A DNA stretch of 64,000 bases from a virus. Position numbers and translations under genes: made by a program. The stretch lies in IMG/VR virus record IMGVR_UViG_3300040801_005898; one strand, written 5' to 3'. The notes below the pieces were generated by a model, which saw only the letters and a program-made list of their open reading frames with translations, searched no databases and had not been told where the DNA came from. Shown piece after piece: positions 36,688 to 46,500 of the stretch (positions within the stretch are counted from its first letter, which is position 1; each line of letters starts with the position of its first letter).

Positions 36688-38265
36688 TTAATTAGTCGTT
36701 ATATTCCAACTTCCTTTGGCTTCGAGATTAGTAATAGCTGCCAATCCATCGAAACCTCCACTGCTACTATCTGGTGCGGCATTCCCTGTCCCACCTAAAT
36801 TTAGCGCCCCTGATGTTTTTCCCGCTAAATCAAAAGCTACCAGAATCTCATTGATAGCAGCAGCAGTTAATAAATTGTTTTGCAAATAACAAATATTCAA
36901 AATGTTTGTTACTGCGAACCCTAACTCTACTCCCGTTATTTGATTATCATTTAATTGGATTTCAAATAAACTAGGGCAGTTTATTAATGTTGGGATATTA
37001 CCATTTATTTGATTATCATACCCTCGTAGTCTCAGTAATCCACTACTTGCCAATGAAGGTAAAGCATCCGCTATTTGATTATTATAAAAATACAGATAAT
37101 CTAAATCAGGGTTGGTGTCTGTTAAAGGGTTCCCAAACCGAGTTAAAGCAGAGTTGAACGCATAAAAATATTGAAGTCTGGGGCAATTTTGAGGAAAATT
37201 CAAAGCCCCATTCAACCGTGAATTATCCGAAACTTCTATCCGTTTTAAAGAAGCGCCATCTAAAAGAGGGAAATCTCCTGTAAACAAATTATAGTCTAAA
37301 TCTAATTTATCAAGAGACGGCGCACTAATTGATGAAAAGTCTGGCAAAAAGCCACATAAATCATTAGAATTTAAGTAAATATTTGTTACATTAGTTAAGT
37401 CATTTAATTTTGAACTTATAGTGCCTTTTAGATTCTCTCCTTGTATGGCAAATATCCCCGTTAGTAGAGAAGGATTGGCTATTTTTAAAGTTAACCAATC
37501 TTCTTCAAGAGCAAAAGGAAATTGCATATTTTGAAACATACTGGAATCCCACCTAGCTCCCGCTTCTGATGTTTGATCCATGTGTGATACTACAAAAACA
37601 GAATTACTGGAAAAGGAGAGTCTGATGATGTAATCATCATAAGGCCCGTCAATAATCCTGTCTGAAATATTTGAAATTATAGTATTAATTTCCGAATTAT
37701 CCGTCAAAATTAACATATCGAAAAAGTCAACTCCAAACGGCAACTCTGTGTCTCCAGATGCAGCAGTGTAAAAATTACCATGCGTAATTCCACTCCAAGT
37801 AGAAGCAATGCAATAATAAACTTGATTATGGGGCAAAGAAGCATTTAAAACATCATTGCTTAAATCATGTCTTAAGTGCGGTTGAGAACCATTGGTTTTA
37901 ACTACTTCTCCAGATTCAATAATAGCAGGCTGCATATTTGGTGTTGATTGACTCGCAGTATAACCGTTACCAGATTGGTCTTCAATTGACACAATCAACC
38001 CGTCATTTGAACCAGTAAAAATTTGAGCGGAGGTTTCATCAAAGCGATGTTCGGCATTGAAACCAATACCTGATTCCAGATTTCCCCCACTTTCTCTAAT
38101 TTGGCAACACGCTGTATTCGTAGATTTTAATTTAGTAAAAGAATATGCGGCGATTACAGTAGTTAAAGATTCCAGCCAAAAAGTCACATCAGAAAATGCA
38201 GGATAAATTAAATTACTACCTGCGTATATTTTTTTTACTTCTTTTAAATTAGGCATTATTTTCAA
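36688..38265 (-). CDS. tail-associated leucine-rich-repeat protein
   Basis: About 8 LxxLxLxxNxxxGxxP repeats; N-terminal K.YAGSNL.Y. and AAYS..KL motifs typical of fibre proteins. Confidence 0.8.
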   Translation of the reverse strand: MKIMPNLKEVKKIYAGSNLIYPAFSDVTFWLESLTTVIAAYSFTKLKSTNTACCQIRESGGNLESGIGFNAEHRFDETSAQIFTGSNDGLIVSIEDQSGNGYTASQSTPNMQPAIIESGEVVKTNGSQPHLRHDLSNDVLNASLPHNQVYYCIASTWSGITHGNFYTAASGDTELPFGVDFFDMLILTDNSEINTIISNISDRIIDGPYDDYIIRLSFSSNSVFVVSHMDQTSEAGARWDSSMFQNMQFPFALEEDWLTLKIANPSLLTGIFAIQGENLKGTISSKLNDLTNVTNIYLNSNDLCGFLPDFSSISAPSLDKLDLDYNLFTGDFPLLDGASLKRIEVSDNSRLNGALNFPQNCPRLQYFYAFNSALTRFGNPLTDTNPDLDYLYFYNNQIADALPSLASSGLLRLRGYDNQINGNIPTLINCPSLFEIQLNDNQITGVELGFAVTNILNICYLQNNLLTAAAINEILVAFDLAGKTSGALNLGGTGNAAPDSSSGGFDGLAAITNLEAKGSWNITTN

Positions 38266-41200
38266 ACCAAAAAGTAGATTGTGTTTGGATCGGGAGAAAC
38301 CAGATCATCATAATCTTCTGGAGAAATTATTACTATATTATGAACCTGCAACGCTCCAGCAATTCCTGTTACATCAGAGGTTATCTCCGAACCTGTTCCC
38401 CCACCGCCACCTGCCGCTACTTCATCAATCGCTGCCTGCAATTCCGTTGCAGCTAATCCCGAAGAGGAATTGTCATAAGTTATCGTGGTCGCTAATTGAT
38501 TTCCGGTGTGGTTCTCTCTTGCTAAAAGAAAAGCAGAATTTAATACTGCGGAATCTCCCAATCCCAAGGTCGTTCGAGCTGTTGCGCTATCTGGATCGTC
38601 AAGTAAATTTCTTGAAAAAGAGGTTATGGGGGCTAATGCCGCAGTCCCCAATCCCGTAAAATAAGGAACTGTGTCAGTAGTTGATGCTAGGTCAGCGATC
38701 GCGTCTAGCTCTACGCTAAACCCTTGAATATCCGCTCCTATCTCTACCCCCAATTCTGTTCTTGCTGCGGCAGCATCAATCGCAGCAAGAACCCCGGAAC
38801 TGTAAGTAGAAATTGTTGTATCCACCTCAGAAGAAAGATTTGGAGCATCTGTTATCTGATAGATCCAATCTTCATTTTTTATTGGCAAATTGTCAAAATC
38901 TTGTTGGGTTATCGCAATAACCCCCTTTATCTCAATACCTCCTACTATTCCCGTAGCGTCAGAGAGGATTGCTTTTGAGAGACCTAGATTCGCAATGGCT
39001 GTGGAAGCATCATTACCCCCTGTACCGCCACTTTCTATTTCAAGGGGGGAGATTCCAGAGATATTGCCGCCCGTAATGGAAATGCTGTTTGAATTTTGAG
39101 TTGAAATATCCCCTAATCCTAAAGTCGTTCTTGCTGTGGCAGCATTTGTATCGCTTAACAACCCCTGCGCATAGGTTGAGATTGGCAACAAACTTGCTGT
39201 TCCCGCCCCTGTGAATAAAGGTAATTGGTTTGCGGATGAGGTCAGCCCTGCGATCGCATTCAACTCTAAAGAAAAAGCCTGAACATCAATATCAACAACT
39301 AAATTAAGCAAAGACCTAACTTGGGCCGCCGTTAAATCTTCTGGGTCGCCAGTTCCGGTGGTAATTCTACCTTTAATGGTAGATTCTGCCATGTCAATTA
39401 ATTTAGAATTACCAACAACCCCATCAGCTATCGTTAAAACAGAATTGCCAGTAACCTCTCCAGTATGAGTTGCGTTGGTGATTTTAGCAGTGTTGGCAGC
39501 AACCGCAGTATTATTTGCCACTTCAGTATCGAAGTCAGAAATTGTGGCTGCGAACTGCGTCCCTGTGTGGTTTGCTCGTGCCAACAGCACCGCATCCGTG
39601 GAATTAGCAGTCGCCCCAGTCTCCACATTTATAATTCCCAATACCTGACTGGCAGTCAAATCTTGAGGATTTCCACCAAGTTCGGAGCCTTTAATTGTCC
39701 CCGCGGTCATTGCTGCCAGTTTTGAGTTATTCACAACATTTGCCGCGATCGCTGCTACCCCGTCAACATTTGAGCTACCGTTAAAAGTCACGTCCCAAGT
39801 AATGTCGCCGCTACTGCTGATAGTTCTCGGTGTTTCTAACGCGGTGGCGGTGGCGGCATTACCAGAGATATTGTCAATGAGAACTGTGCCTACTTGACCG
39901 TTGACAGAACTTACTTCCCCAGGAGACAAAAGCTCTTGCCAGTCAGTCAATAGCGTTGGATCGTTACCTTGAAGGATGTAGCTGGTGCTAGTATCTGTTC
40001 TAATTGCAACATCTCCCACCTCAGCGGTTAAGCCAAGCATTTCTAGCTCGCTGGTCACAACATGAGTATCAACGATCGCGATCGCTGGAATATTTGCTTG
40101 TAGAATTTTTGAGTTAGCATCTAGACTGGCATATCCGTTGGGCTGCCCTTTTGCTGCTTTATCTTGATAATTGGATAAATCTTCCGCACCGGTATAATCG
40201 ATCGCTGCTGACGCTATTTGGACATTTAAAACCTGGGTGCTAGCTGGCGTTACTGCCCAAATTGCCTGTCCGTTATGGAAAAAATCATTATCTGTTATTT
40301 GTTTACCAGGCCGCAAAATGAAGCTGTACTTAGGTGGAGAAATTGTTAAATCTGGCGGTTCCCCAACTCCACAATAAATGTTAATGTTTATTGATTCGTC
40401 AGTGCTGAAGCTGATATATCGCTGATTTGTCACCAAATCCTCTGGCACAACAATAATCGGCACATCTCCCACCTCATAGGGCACAATTGCACCCCACGTT
40501 CCCGGTCTTGGTGGCTTGACAACTTCTTCCACCGCTTCAATGGTTCCATCTGCCGCCCGCTTCAAATATCCTACAGTAGCGATCGCCGCCACTTCCCCCA
40601 GGTTTGTCGGGATATTCCCCAGTTCCCCCCAATCTATCTGAGGAGCGATCGCCCAGGTTCCCCCATCCCTTCTCAGCAACCCATCTCCTGTCAAGGTTGC
40701 GACACCTATTCCCTCCAAATTTGTTGGGATGCCGCTTAGTTCCTCCCAAGCAATAGAATTTGCAACCTGCCAACTATTTAACCCGGTTTTTTTGAAATAA
40801 CCCGTATTGGCATTGTCGCCAATAGTGGACAATGCGGACAGACTAGGATGAGATGCTTGTTTCCCGTCAATAGTTGTTTGGAGGTTGGTAATATCGGCGA
40901 TCGTCAAAGATTCCCTTAATTCCCAAATATCTGCACCGGAATGATAAAGGAAACCTTGCAATGCCGATATTGATAAAGCTTCAAAATCTAGCAAAAATGT
41001 CGGTTTCGACTCTACGTCATCCCAGTTTACGGGGGATTCTAGCGGAATATTTGTAATTTGGGAAAAATCTATTACTGCCCCGACAATTAATGAGGCAAAT
41101 TCGGCTTGAAAAGCGGTTCCCCAATCAGTTATCTCTGCCGTCGTTATGGTTATGCTGCCAGAAGCGATCGCGCCCACATCTGCCGCAGTTAGGTTCACGA

Positions 41201-41582
41201 TGCCAGTTTGGCCGTTGACGCTATCTACCGGTGCTGACGGGAAAACTAGGTTTACAATTTGACTGGCATCGATAGACTGCGTAGGTAGCCAGCCAACTCC
41301 CCAAGAGTTTAAATCTGTTATCTGTGTGGAGTCGTGAGTGTGGTTTTGGGTGGCTAAATTGTTGGCGGCGTAATTTACAACAAAATTGCCAACCAAATCT
41401 ACCCAATGAAAACCTGGATTTATTCCAGAGTTAATGCCAATAGTTCCCGGAGGTAAGTCACCGCTTTTATAGACGAAAATGCCTCCCCAATCAAAATCCT
41501 CGACAATGACTGGTTTATCTGGAATCAACTTAGAATTATTGAATCCTTGTAATGCCGTGATATTTGCTAAAACGCCGCTCAT
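38262..41582 (-). CDS. phage tail fibre protein
   Basis: Repeated VDSVNGQTG, LARANHTGTQ, AARTTLGL; C-terminal I..EDYDDL...DPNTIYF repeat. Confidence 0.85.
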   Translation of the reverse strand: MSGVLANITALQGFNNSKLIPDKPVIVEDFDWGGIFVYKSGDLPPGTIGINSGINPGFHWVDLVGNFVVNYAANNLATQNHTHDSTQITDLNSWGVGWLPTQSIDASQIVNLVFPSAPVDSVNGQTGIVNLTAADVGAIASGSITITTAEITDWGTAFQAEFASLIVGAVIDFSQITNIPLESPVNWDDVESKPTFLLDFEALSISALQGFLYHSGADIWELRESLTIADITNLQTTIDGKQASHPSLSALSTIGDNANTGYFKKTGLNSWQVANSIAWEELSGIPTNLEGIGVATLTGDGLLRRDGGTWAIAPQIDWGELGNIPTNLGEVAAIATVGYLKRAADGTIEAVEEVVKPPRPGTWGAIVPYEVGDVPIIVVPEDLVTNQRYISFSTDESININIYCGVGEPPDLTISPPKYSFILRPGKQITDNDFFHNGQAIWAVTPASTQVLNVQIASAAIDYTGAEDLSNYQDKAAKGQPNGYASLDANSKILQANIPAIAIVDTHVVTSELEMLGLTAEVGDVAIRTDTSTSYILQGNDPTLLTDWQELLSPGEVSSVNGQVGTVLIDNISGNAATATALETPRTISSSGDITWDVTFNGSSNVDGVAAIAANVVNNSKLAAMTAGTIKGSELGGNPQDLTASQVLGIINVETGATANSTDAVLLARANHTGTQFAATISDFDTEVANNTAVAANTAKITNATHTGEVTGNSVLTIADGVVGNSKLIDMAESTIKGRITTGTGDPEDLTAAQVRSLLNLVVDIDVQAFSLELNAIAGLTSSANQLPLFTGAGTASLLPISTYAQGLLSDTNAATARTTLGLGDISTQNSNSISITGGNISGISPLEIESGGTGGNDASTAIANLGLSKAILSDATGIVGGIEIKGVIAITQQDFDNLPIKNEDWIYQITDAPNLSSEVDTTISTYSSGVLAAIDAAAARTELGVEIGADIQGFSVELDAIADLASTTDTVPYFTGLGTAALAPITSFSRNLLDDPDSATARTTLGLGDSAVLNSAFLLARENHTGNQLATTITYDNSSSGLAATELQAAIDEVAAGGGGGTGSEITSDVTGIAGALQVHNIVIISPEDYDDLVSPDPNTIYFLV

Positions 41583-41983
41583 GTCAAAATTCCCAAAATC
41601 ATCAATATCCCTTGAGACTGCTGTGCTGCTTCGCTATCGAATAACGCTAGCCACTCCGTCGTGTTGTCCCAGTTTTCTAGCCATTCATCCATTGTGTCAA
41701 TGTCAAAATAGCCAAATCCTTGAGTGTTTATGTCAGGAGAATTGCAAGTTAAGCGATCGCCTTTTTCTAACCAAATCTTCCAATTTCCTACAACTGTTTG
41801 TTGAGGTTCTAAATTGACTTGATATTCTAAATAGTTGTCATTTATTAGCAAGTCAAATTTAACTGGAATGTTGGAATTATTAGCGATCGCCCCCTTGAAC
41901 ACTAACAAATCTTGCGGCGATTCGTAAGTGGTAGGTGAGGGGATAACGATTGTTTTAGTTGGAAGTTCCAACATATTCCGCAA
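41579..41983 (-). CDS. small tail-module protein, paralogous to 43070..43507
   Basis: Similar beta-sandwich pattern (..A...N...KI.L..GD.L). Confidence 0.65.
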   Translation of the reverse strand: MRNMLELPTKTIVIPSPTTYESPQDLLVFKGAIANNSNIPVKFDLLINDNYLEYQVNLEPQQTVVGNWKIWLEKGDRLTCNSPDINTQGFGYFDIDTMDEWLENWDNTTEWLALFDSEAAQQSQGILMILGILT

Positions 41984-42800
41984 AAACCTCCAAAATAGGC
42001 TTTGACTCCCAATTCGCAGTATATAATCCTGGATTCTTGTCCGAGTCTCTAGCTACCGGCATTGCAGTATGTGGTCCGTCACGCAACCACCAGTACCCTA
42101 TTGATTCTATACCGTGATTTTCAAAAAATTTTAAATATTTACGAGTTTTTAAAGCCTGTTTTCCAAGGTCTTTTTCATATACTCCCATTTCAGTTATCAA
42201 AACTTTAGCGCCCATTTTTTTATATTTTTTAATTAGCTGACTAAAGATAACTAAATTCATGGGAGTTCCAATATCCCAAAATTGAAACCCAATTGAATCT
42301 AGCAACCCTTCCTTTATTAAAGGTTCTACAATTTTAGAAAAAGCAATTTGCCTTGTGGCAAAATGTCTTATTATTTGATGCTCTGCAAAAATTATTTCGC
42401 TTTCAGTATTTTCTTTGAGCCAAGTACAAATCTCTTTAATTAAAGGAAAAGAATAAAAGTCTCTTAATTCTGTTTTACGAAAAGCTTCATTAAAAGCAAT
42501 AACTTTAGCGGGGAACGTGTCTTTATATCTTTTGATTGTTCTTTCTACAAAAAACACTTCTTTTACTATTTTTTGCTGTTCTGCTGGAGTCTGGTTTCTT
42601 CCCTTCTTCTTTAAATAAGAATAGATTGCCCGATGGTTTGCAGTGGGAAGATAATCAAGCAGAATTGGGGTAAAATCTTTGTAATTTTCAAAATTGTTGT
42701 TTTCATTGATCGCGCTTTTTGGAAACCAAAAATCAGGGAAATATTTTTTTTGGCAGTTGTCAATATTATTCTTCTTGGGTAAGTGAAAGCCTATTAGCAT
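41955..42800 (-). CDS. glycoside hydrolase, GH10/clan GH-A-like TIM barrel
   Basis: Acid/base motif FNEA, D.IGFQ, nucleophile motif ITEMGV, W..RD, GLY..NW..KP. Confidence 0.7.
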   Translation of the reverse strand: MLIGFHLPKKNNIDNCQKKYFPDFWFPKSAINENNNFENYKDFTPILLDYLPTANHRAIYSYLKKKGRNQTPAEQQKIVKEVFFVERTIKRYKDTFPAKVIAFNEAFRKTELRDFYSFPLIKEICTWLKENTESEIIFAEHQIIRHFATRQIAFSKIVEPLIKEGLLDSIGFQFWDIGTPMNLVIFSQLIKKYKKMGAKVLITEMGVYEKDLGKQALKTRKYLKFFENHGIESIGYWWLRDGPHTAMPVARDSDKNPGLYTANWESKPILEVFAEYVGTSN

Positions 42801-42818
42801 AATTTTTAAGTTAAATAT

Positions 42819-43064
42819 TTAGGTGTGGTCCCACCAAGACTCAAGGTTTCCTTTTACAAAATAGCCATTGCCATCATCTGACGCAACAAATTCTGGCTCG
42901 TCACCTAGGGTAGAACCAGAATAATAGACGTACCATGATGGTATATTTGCCCCATTATGGTCTAAAACCATTATGGGTATTCCTGGAATCAAACTTGTGC
43001 TAGGTATAGCCTTTAATTCAGTTAATGTTTCTCTAAATCCTGGACCTAAATCAACTAAAGCCAT
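42819..43064 (-). CDS. small tail-module protein
   Basis: Likely start MALVDLG at 43064. Confidence 0.6.
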   Translation of the reverse strand: MALVDLGPGFRETLTELKAIPSTSLIPGIPIMVLDHNGANIPSWYVYYSGSTLGDEPEFVASDDGNGYFVKGNLESWWDHT

Positions 43065-43069
43065 TGTTT

Positions 43070-43507
43070 TTAAAATAACACTGAAAAATTTAATGTTAAG
43101 TTGGTATCTAAAGAGGGAGAAGTATTTGATCCTTGAGATGCAAATGTTTCTCCCCAATTGTTAGCAAATGCTTCTCCCCAGTTAGTAGTAAATGCTTCTG
43201 CAAAACTTATACTGGAAGTATTTCCAGATGATGTCGATGCTAAAATCGCATCACCATTATCCAAATTTATCTTGTTTAAAGCTACAGCGATCGCTCTGTT
43301 ATTTGCTGCGTTGGTTCCAAGAACGGGCGTTTGAAATTCTACAGGAGATTCCACTCCGCCAATACGAGTCCACAAAGATATGGTAGCATCCTCGGCCCCT
43401 TGGTTGCAAACTGTGGCGTTAAAGATTAGCTCTTGCCGTGATGCCGTATAAATTTCGGTCTTTTCTGCCGGGATATTTCGTTGATAAGTCTTGAATGGAT
43501 ACGCCAT
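43070..43507 (-). CDS. small tail-module protein
   Basis: TAATG overlap with the tape-measure stop; paralogue of 41579..41983. Confidence 0.7.
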   Translation of the reverse strand: MAYPFKTYQRNIPAEKTEIYTASRQELIFNATVCNQGAEDATISLWTRIGGVESPVEFQTPVLGTNAANNRAIAVALNKINLDNGDAILASTSSGNTSSISFAEAFTTNWGEAFANNWGETFASQGSNTSPSLDTNLTLNFSVLF

Positions 43508-46500
43508 TAACCGTACTGCATTTTCATAGTTTTTTCCAACACCCCGTCAAGAGTTTTGAGAGTCTGGTTTTTCATTTGGGCCATCAGGTCTTGAGTGTCG
43601 CCTGCGGTAGCCGTATTATTTATTGTAATGTCTCCGACACCAGATTTACCAATATTTTTGATTTCTGTTGCAATTTTCCGAACTTCCCCTCCAATTGAAG
43701 ATAGAAGAGAGCGATCGCCCTGCTGACTTTGTGCATTGGAATTGATTGGCTCAACATTGATTTTTGAAGTCGGTAGCTTAATCATATTCAATGAAAAATT
43801 ATCTCGAATTGCTTCTTTTTCTACTCGTTTCATTTCTCGTTCATATTCTTTGTCTATACGTTTTTGGTCAATAACGTTATCTAGTTTAAACCGCTTTTTG
43901 CGATTCGCAGAATTGGGGTCAGGTTCATAAGCATTGATTTTTGGCATAGACCTAACTTCATCCCATAACGCCATTTCTTCTTGTGTCCAACCTTCGTTTT
44001 GCATTTTTTTGCGCAATTCTTTCTCTATCCCTCCATTCTCGTACCATTCATTTACACCATTCCACATTTCCATTTGACGTTTTTGCTCTCTTAAATGGTC
44101 TTGTTGATATTGAGGGTATTTATTAATATCTATTTGGTCCCAATAATCTTTGTTAAATTCTTCTGTAGATGTCCAGGGTTTTTGCTCAACAGCAGAAGGA
44201 TTTTCAATTGTTTTAGGTAGTCGAGTAGTACGATCTCTTACTTCATCAACCTCTTCTCGTACTCTTTCCATTATCTTTCTCGTTTCTTCTAATTGCCTTG
44301 CACGCTCTTTATCTTCTGGTGTTTCAATATAATTTTTTTCGGTAGGTATAATAGGACTTACCATTATTCCTTTGTGTTTATTTGATAAACCATCAGACTC
44401 GTTGTTAGAATCGGCTGATGTCTTGTTAATTTTTTGCCCTAAAATATCGATTTCTTGAGAAATAACCTTTTTAAGAGCACCAAACTCGTTGCCTATTTCA
44501 GAGGTTACTTTATTAGCGCTCTTATCAAATTCTGATTGAATACTGCTAACCATATCTGCAACTTTAAAATTGAAATCAAAGAGATCGTCAAAAGATTTTC
44601 CTTGTTTTATCTTTTCCATCATTACTCTTTTTATTGTTGGGTTATCGTAAGATTCTGCTAATCTCAATTGAGCTTTCCTGCTTGCGATAATGTTGCTTAT
44701 TTCATCTTCGATAATTTTAGCTTTTATCTGTTGCCCCATCACATATCTTTGCCCTAAAATTAGTCCTCTTTGTCTTCCCAAGGCATCTACTTCCATCTGT
44801 CTTGCTCTTAGTTCTAGTTCAGCAGCGATGATTTGTTCGTTAGACGCATTAGGGTCTGCTTTGGTTTTAGCAAGGTTAGCCTGTGCCTCGGCAATTTGTG
44901 CGGTGGCGTGGATTCTGGCAATTTCGTTTTCTATTTCTGCTCTTTCTTGAGAAATCTGCATTTGTCGAATTTCAATTTCTAATGCCTGTTGCTTGAGTTG
45001 CTGTTGGTATTCTAATGCTTGAATTTCGTATTTAGCAGCAGCTTCTTTAATTTGTTGTCGCTTGCGATCGCTTTTTTCCAACTTTTCTGCTATCTCAAAC
45101 TCGTTGCGAACTAAACTGACCAAAGAATTGTTAAGAGACTGCCGGGTGGATACCAAGGTGCTTTGTTGGTCTAAGACTTGCTTGTTAAAATTACTGGGGT
45201 TTAACTGTTTTTCCATTTCCTGCACCGTAGCGGTAACTTCATTGCGAGCTTTTGCCACTTTTGTGTCAAGCATTTGCTCAAATTTTTCCCGCTGCAAGTC
45301 TAGCAGTCTGATTTCGAGTTCGGTAGTCTGTTTGAGGGAATTGCGTATTTTTTGCTGATGCTCCTCTTGCCGCCGGGGGTCATCGAATTTGATTTGGTTT
45401 AAGTCTCGGTGCAGCCGCAACTGTAATTCCAACTGCTTCTTAGTATTTGTGTACTCTTCCGCCAGCGCCCTTCTTTTTAGTTGGTTCCGGTCCAACGTTC
45501 CGTCACCGAATGCAACCAGCTGCCGAGTTAGTTTTTGAAATTCTAGCTCTGATAACTTGATGACATCCATTGCGGTTTGCATTTTGCGTTCGGCGATCGC
45601 TATGGTCTTATCAATATATTCCACATGAGCTTTTTCTCTTTCTTGAGCAATCTTGGTTATCTCAGATTCTAACTTTTGCCTATTTTCTGCACTTTTAGCC
45701 AAGCGACCGTAATGCTCTTCAACTAATTTTTGTCTTTGGCTCAAATTGTTAATAGTTTGCTGGAGTTTTTTAGATTCATATTGCTCCTCTCCTATTGCCC
45801 CCGACATGATGGATTTTTCTAAACTCATTGTTTGGTAGTTAGATAGTTCGTCTAATAATTTGACGCTATTATCAAAATACCTTTCCGCCGCACCATTGGC
45901 TTCTTCAAAAGTTTTCGCTAAAGCCATTTCTAAGTTTTGTCTGGTTTCTGGGTTTAAGGTGTCTCTTAATCGTTTTTGTATCAGCGATCGCCTTTTGTTT
46001 AATAATTGTAATTCTTCGTTAAATGTTTGTTGGTTGTAATTGCGCTGGCTTACCAAACCTTGAGCTAATTGAGAACTCAGCAAAGCAGTTTCGTGATTAG
46101 ATGCTGATTCTATTAACTTGATTCTTGCATCAAAATACTTTTGCTCTTCATTCAGCATTTCAATGTTAATTTTAGAAATTTCTATTTGCAATTTCTGTTT
46201 TTCTTCTAAGGTTAGAGTAGTTTCGGTTTCCAGTTTTTCTTGTAGCATCTCTAACTTAGCATTTAGCTGAGATTTAGTCGCATTGTATTGGTCTTGATAA
46301 TATTCTATAGATGAAATGCGCTCATAATTGTACGCTTCTTCTTGGACGACACTAACTTTTTGATAAAAGCTTTCTATTAGCTTCATTTCCTCATCAAATA
46401 ACTTTTGTCTAGCGGTTTTCTGCTCTACTTCAAGTTGCGCTATTTGAGCGACTAAATCTTGTTTTTCGCTAGCAGTTAGTTGGGATTCTTTTTGGAGTCT

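Noticed and set aside
38262-41582. Diversity-generating retroelement or invertible tail-fibre cassette
   Set aside because: No reverse transcriptase, TR/VR pair or invertase seen; the internal repeats are ordinary fibre modules.
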